Shown here: piece by piece, positions 55,813-57,234 of the stretch
Numbering within the stretch: the stretch's first letter is position 1
How the letters are laid out: each line of letters begins with the position of its first letter
DNA from: Acidobacteriaceae bacterium
GTDB lineage: Bacteria; Acidobacteriota; Terriglobia; Terriglobales; Acidobacteriaceae
Length of the DNA stretch: 57,234 bases
NCBI GenBank assembly: GCA_050011735.1
Contig: JBEKIN010000001.1
Coordinates: forward strand, 1-57,234
Reading direction: 5' to 3'
Program-made: the position numbers and the translations under genes
The notes under the pieces: model-generated
What the model was told of the DNA's origin: nothing
Seen by the model: the letters and a program-made list of their open reading frames with translations, nothing else
The model's database searches: none

Positions 55813-57234
55813 TTACTGGGCCCCTGCATGTCCGTAGCCGATGTTCTGATCCACCCACTGAATGAAATATTTCATGTTCGGCGCATCGGTATGCCCACCG
55901 TCATCCTGCCGCCACGCCAGCTTTCCCCCGAGCAGCCCGTCGTTCACCGCAGGCATGTTCGCCGTGCGGTAATCCAAATCTGTCGTACTCAATCCCGGAG
56001 CGCCCAGCAGCGTCCACACCGGGCTCGCCGCCACCGTCGCCATCCAGCTTCCCTCGTGATCCAGCCAATGCGCGTCGCCCTTTTCCGGAATCCCATAGCT
56101 GATAAACGTCAGCCGAGGCGCGCACAGCGCGATCAGCTCGTTCGCATCGACCGGAATGTCTCCAGGATTCATGCTGCCGAACGTCGCCTCCGACGCTCCA
56201 TACTTGATAAAGTTCCCCGCCATCCAGTAATACTCGCCGCCCGTCAGGCTCTCCACCGCCTCGCCGTAGTTGCGCCGCAGCAGGGTCGCGCCGCCTTTGC
56301 CCGACGACCCCACCAGCACCATTGCAAACCGCTGATCGAACGCCATCGTCACCAGGGCCGCCTTGCCGTATCGCGATACGCCCTCGATCCCAACGTGCTT
56401 CGCATCCACCGCGGAATCCGTTTCGAGATAATCCAGACCTCGTCCCGCGGCCCATCCCCACGCACGCAGCGCACCCCAGTCATCCGGCTTGCGCGGCTGC
56501 CCTTTGTTCGCCAACCCGATGATGCCTCGCGTAATATCCGCCCCATTGTCCGGCTGCGCGCTCGCCGGATCCAGCTTCGCGAATCCCCACCCCGCCGCGA
56601 TCAGCTCCCACTCATTCGGCGGGTCGCCATCCGCGTTCATCTGCGGAAACTGAAACGGCACCGCCCGAACTGGATCCCACCCCGGGTGCTGCGCAATCAC
56701 ATCCTTCAGCGACGGATCCTGCTGCACCAACAGCGCCTTCATCGCTGTGTTGAGCCGCTCCAGCTCCGCCGGCGAAGGCTGTACCGGCGATGGAAAGCCG
56801 CTCGGCCCGAACATGATCAGCACCGGGACCGGCCCCTTCGCATCCGCCGGCGTCACCAGCGTCATCCGCAGATTCACGCTGATCGCCGGATACGAGGAGT
56901 TGTCCACTCGACCCACTAGTTCCTTCGCGATCACAGGATGGAACCCAACCATCTCCCGCTCGCTGGCCGTCACCGACCACGTCACCTTCGGCACATCCTT
57001 CGGCATTCGCCCGTAAACGTACTCTTCCAGTCCCTCCACAATCACCGGTCGCCGCTGTTTCCACCACATTTCCGCCGACGTCGCCTTTGTGCCGTTGTTC
57101 AGCGTCAGCGCGTCCGGCACATTGGGATACGGATTTGCCTTCGACTCGTCATAGTTCGCGTGGTTCGGCGCTTTCTCGTCACCGCTGGGGCCCGGGCGCA
57201 GCGCTTTGATCCCAAGCTGGTCCATCATGTTCTG
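55813..57234 (-). CDS. CE15-family glucuronoyl esterase-like serine hydrolase (N-terminus outside the window)
   Basis: The GVSRYGKAAL motif matches the CE15 nucleophile consensus G-C/V-S-R-x-G-K. The reading frame stays open to the window edge, and no signal peptide is present at the first in-window Met. Confidence 0.7.
   Translation of the reverse strand, partial: QNMMDQLGIKALRPGPSGDEKAPNHANYDESKANPYPNVPDALTLNNGTKATSAEMWWKQRRPVIVEGLEEYVYGRMPKDVPKVTWSVTASEREMVGFHPVIAKELVGRVDNSSYPAISVNLRMTLVTPADAKGPVPVLIMFGPSGFPSPVQPSPAELERLNTAMKALLVQQDPSLKDVIAQHPGWDPVRAVPFQFPQMNADGDPPNEWELIAAGWGFAKLDPASAQPDNGADITRGIIGLANKGQPRKPDDWGALRAWGWAAGRGLDYLETDSAVDAKHVGIEGVSRYGKAALVTMAFDQRFAMVLVGSSGKGGATLLRRNYGEAVESLTGGEYYWMAGNFIKYGASEATFGSMNPGDIPVDANELIALCAPRLTFISYGIPEKGDAHWLDHEGSWMATVAASPVWTLLGAPGLSTTDLDYRTANMPAVNDGLLGGKLAWRQDDGGHTDAPNMKYFIQWVDQNIGYGHAGAQ

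Noticed and set aside
54196-56919. Plus-strand ORFs 54196..55569 (457 aa) and 55828..56919 (363 aa).
   Set aside because: They are antisense to the adenosine-deaminase-family and CE15 genes. Their translations are Arg/His/Pro/Gln-rich.

Overview
The window is a GC-rich chromosomal segment with strong third-position GC bias. That bias produces many long spurious antisense ORFs in the six-frame track. Gene content suggests an Acidobacteriota (Terriglobia-like) genome: a TonB receptor with a carboxypeptidase-regulatory-like N-terminus, FG-GAP/VCBS repeat proteins, CE15 and DUF885. This taxonomic placement is inference only; no search was run.

I support about 48 protein-coding genes, almost all ordinary housekeeping:
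- Cofactor synthesis: panB, panC, hemL, nadC, nadD, folK, thiE, birA, coaX.
- Sugar and sugar-nucleotide metabolism: galK, glgP-type phosphorylase, galU, rpe, a ROK kinase.
- Others: valS, rsfS, sthA, bcp, a 3-methyladenine glycosylase, bamD, comEC, and a three-gene RND efflux operon.

I found no rRNA, tRNA, CRISPR array, transposase, integrase or prophage genes, and no obvious defence island.

The items most worth a second look:
1. A co-directional three-gene cluster (6711-10311) resembles the mycobacterial decaprenyl-phospho-arabinose donor pathway (phosphoribosyltransferase, DprE1, DprE2). Here a HAD phosphatase domain is fused to the prenyl-phosphate phosphoribosyltransferase.
2. murQ is interrupted by a single in-frame TGA exactly at a conserved Cys codon.
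3. An EcoRII-Dcm-like cytosine methyltransferase plus Vsr pair sits inside the nadD-rsfS operon with no endonuclease partner.
4. A ~725-bp gene-free convergent spacer (613-1337) contains hairpins, a C6/G8/G7 homopolymer block and heptamer tandem repeats.
5. A second heptamer tandem repeat abuts the rpe start codon.
6. Several envelope or secreted proteins carry unusual low-complexity or repeat modules.

All family assignments come from motif recognition by eye, not from database searches. I cannot point to a clearly novel multi-gene system beyond these leads.
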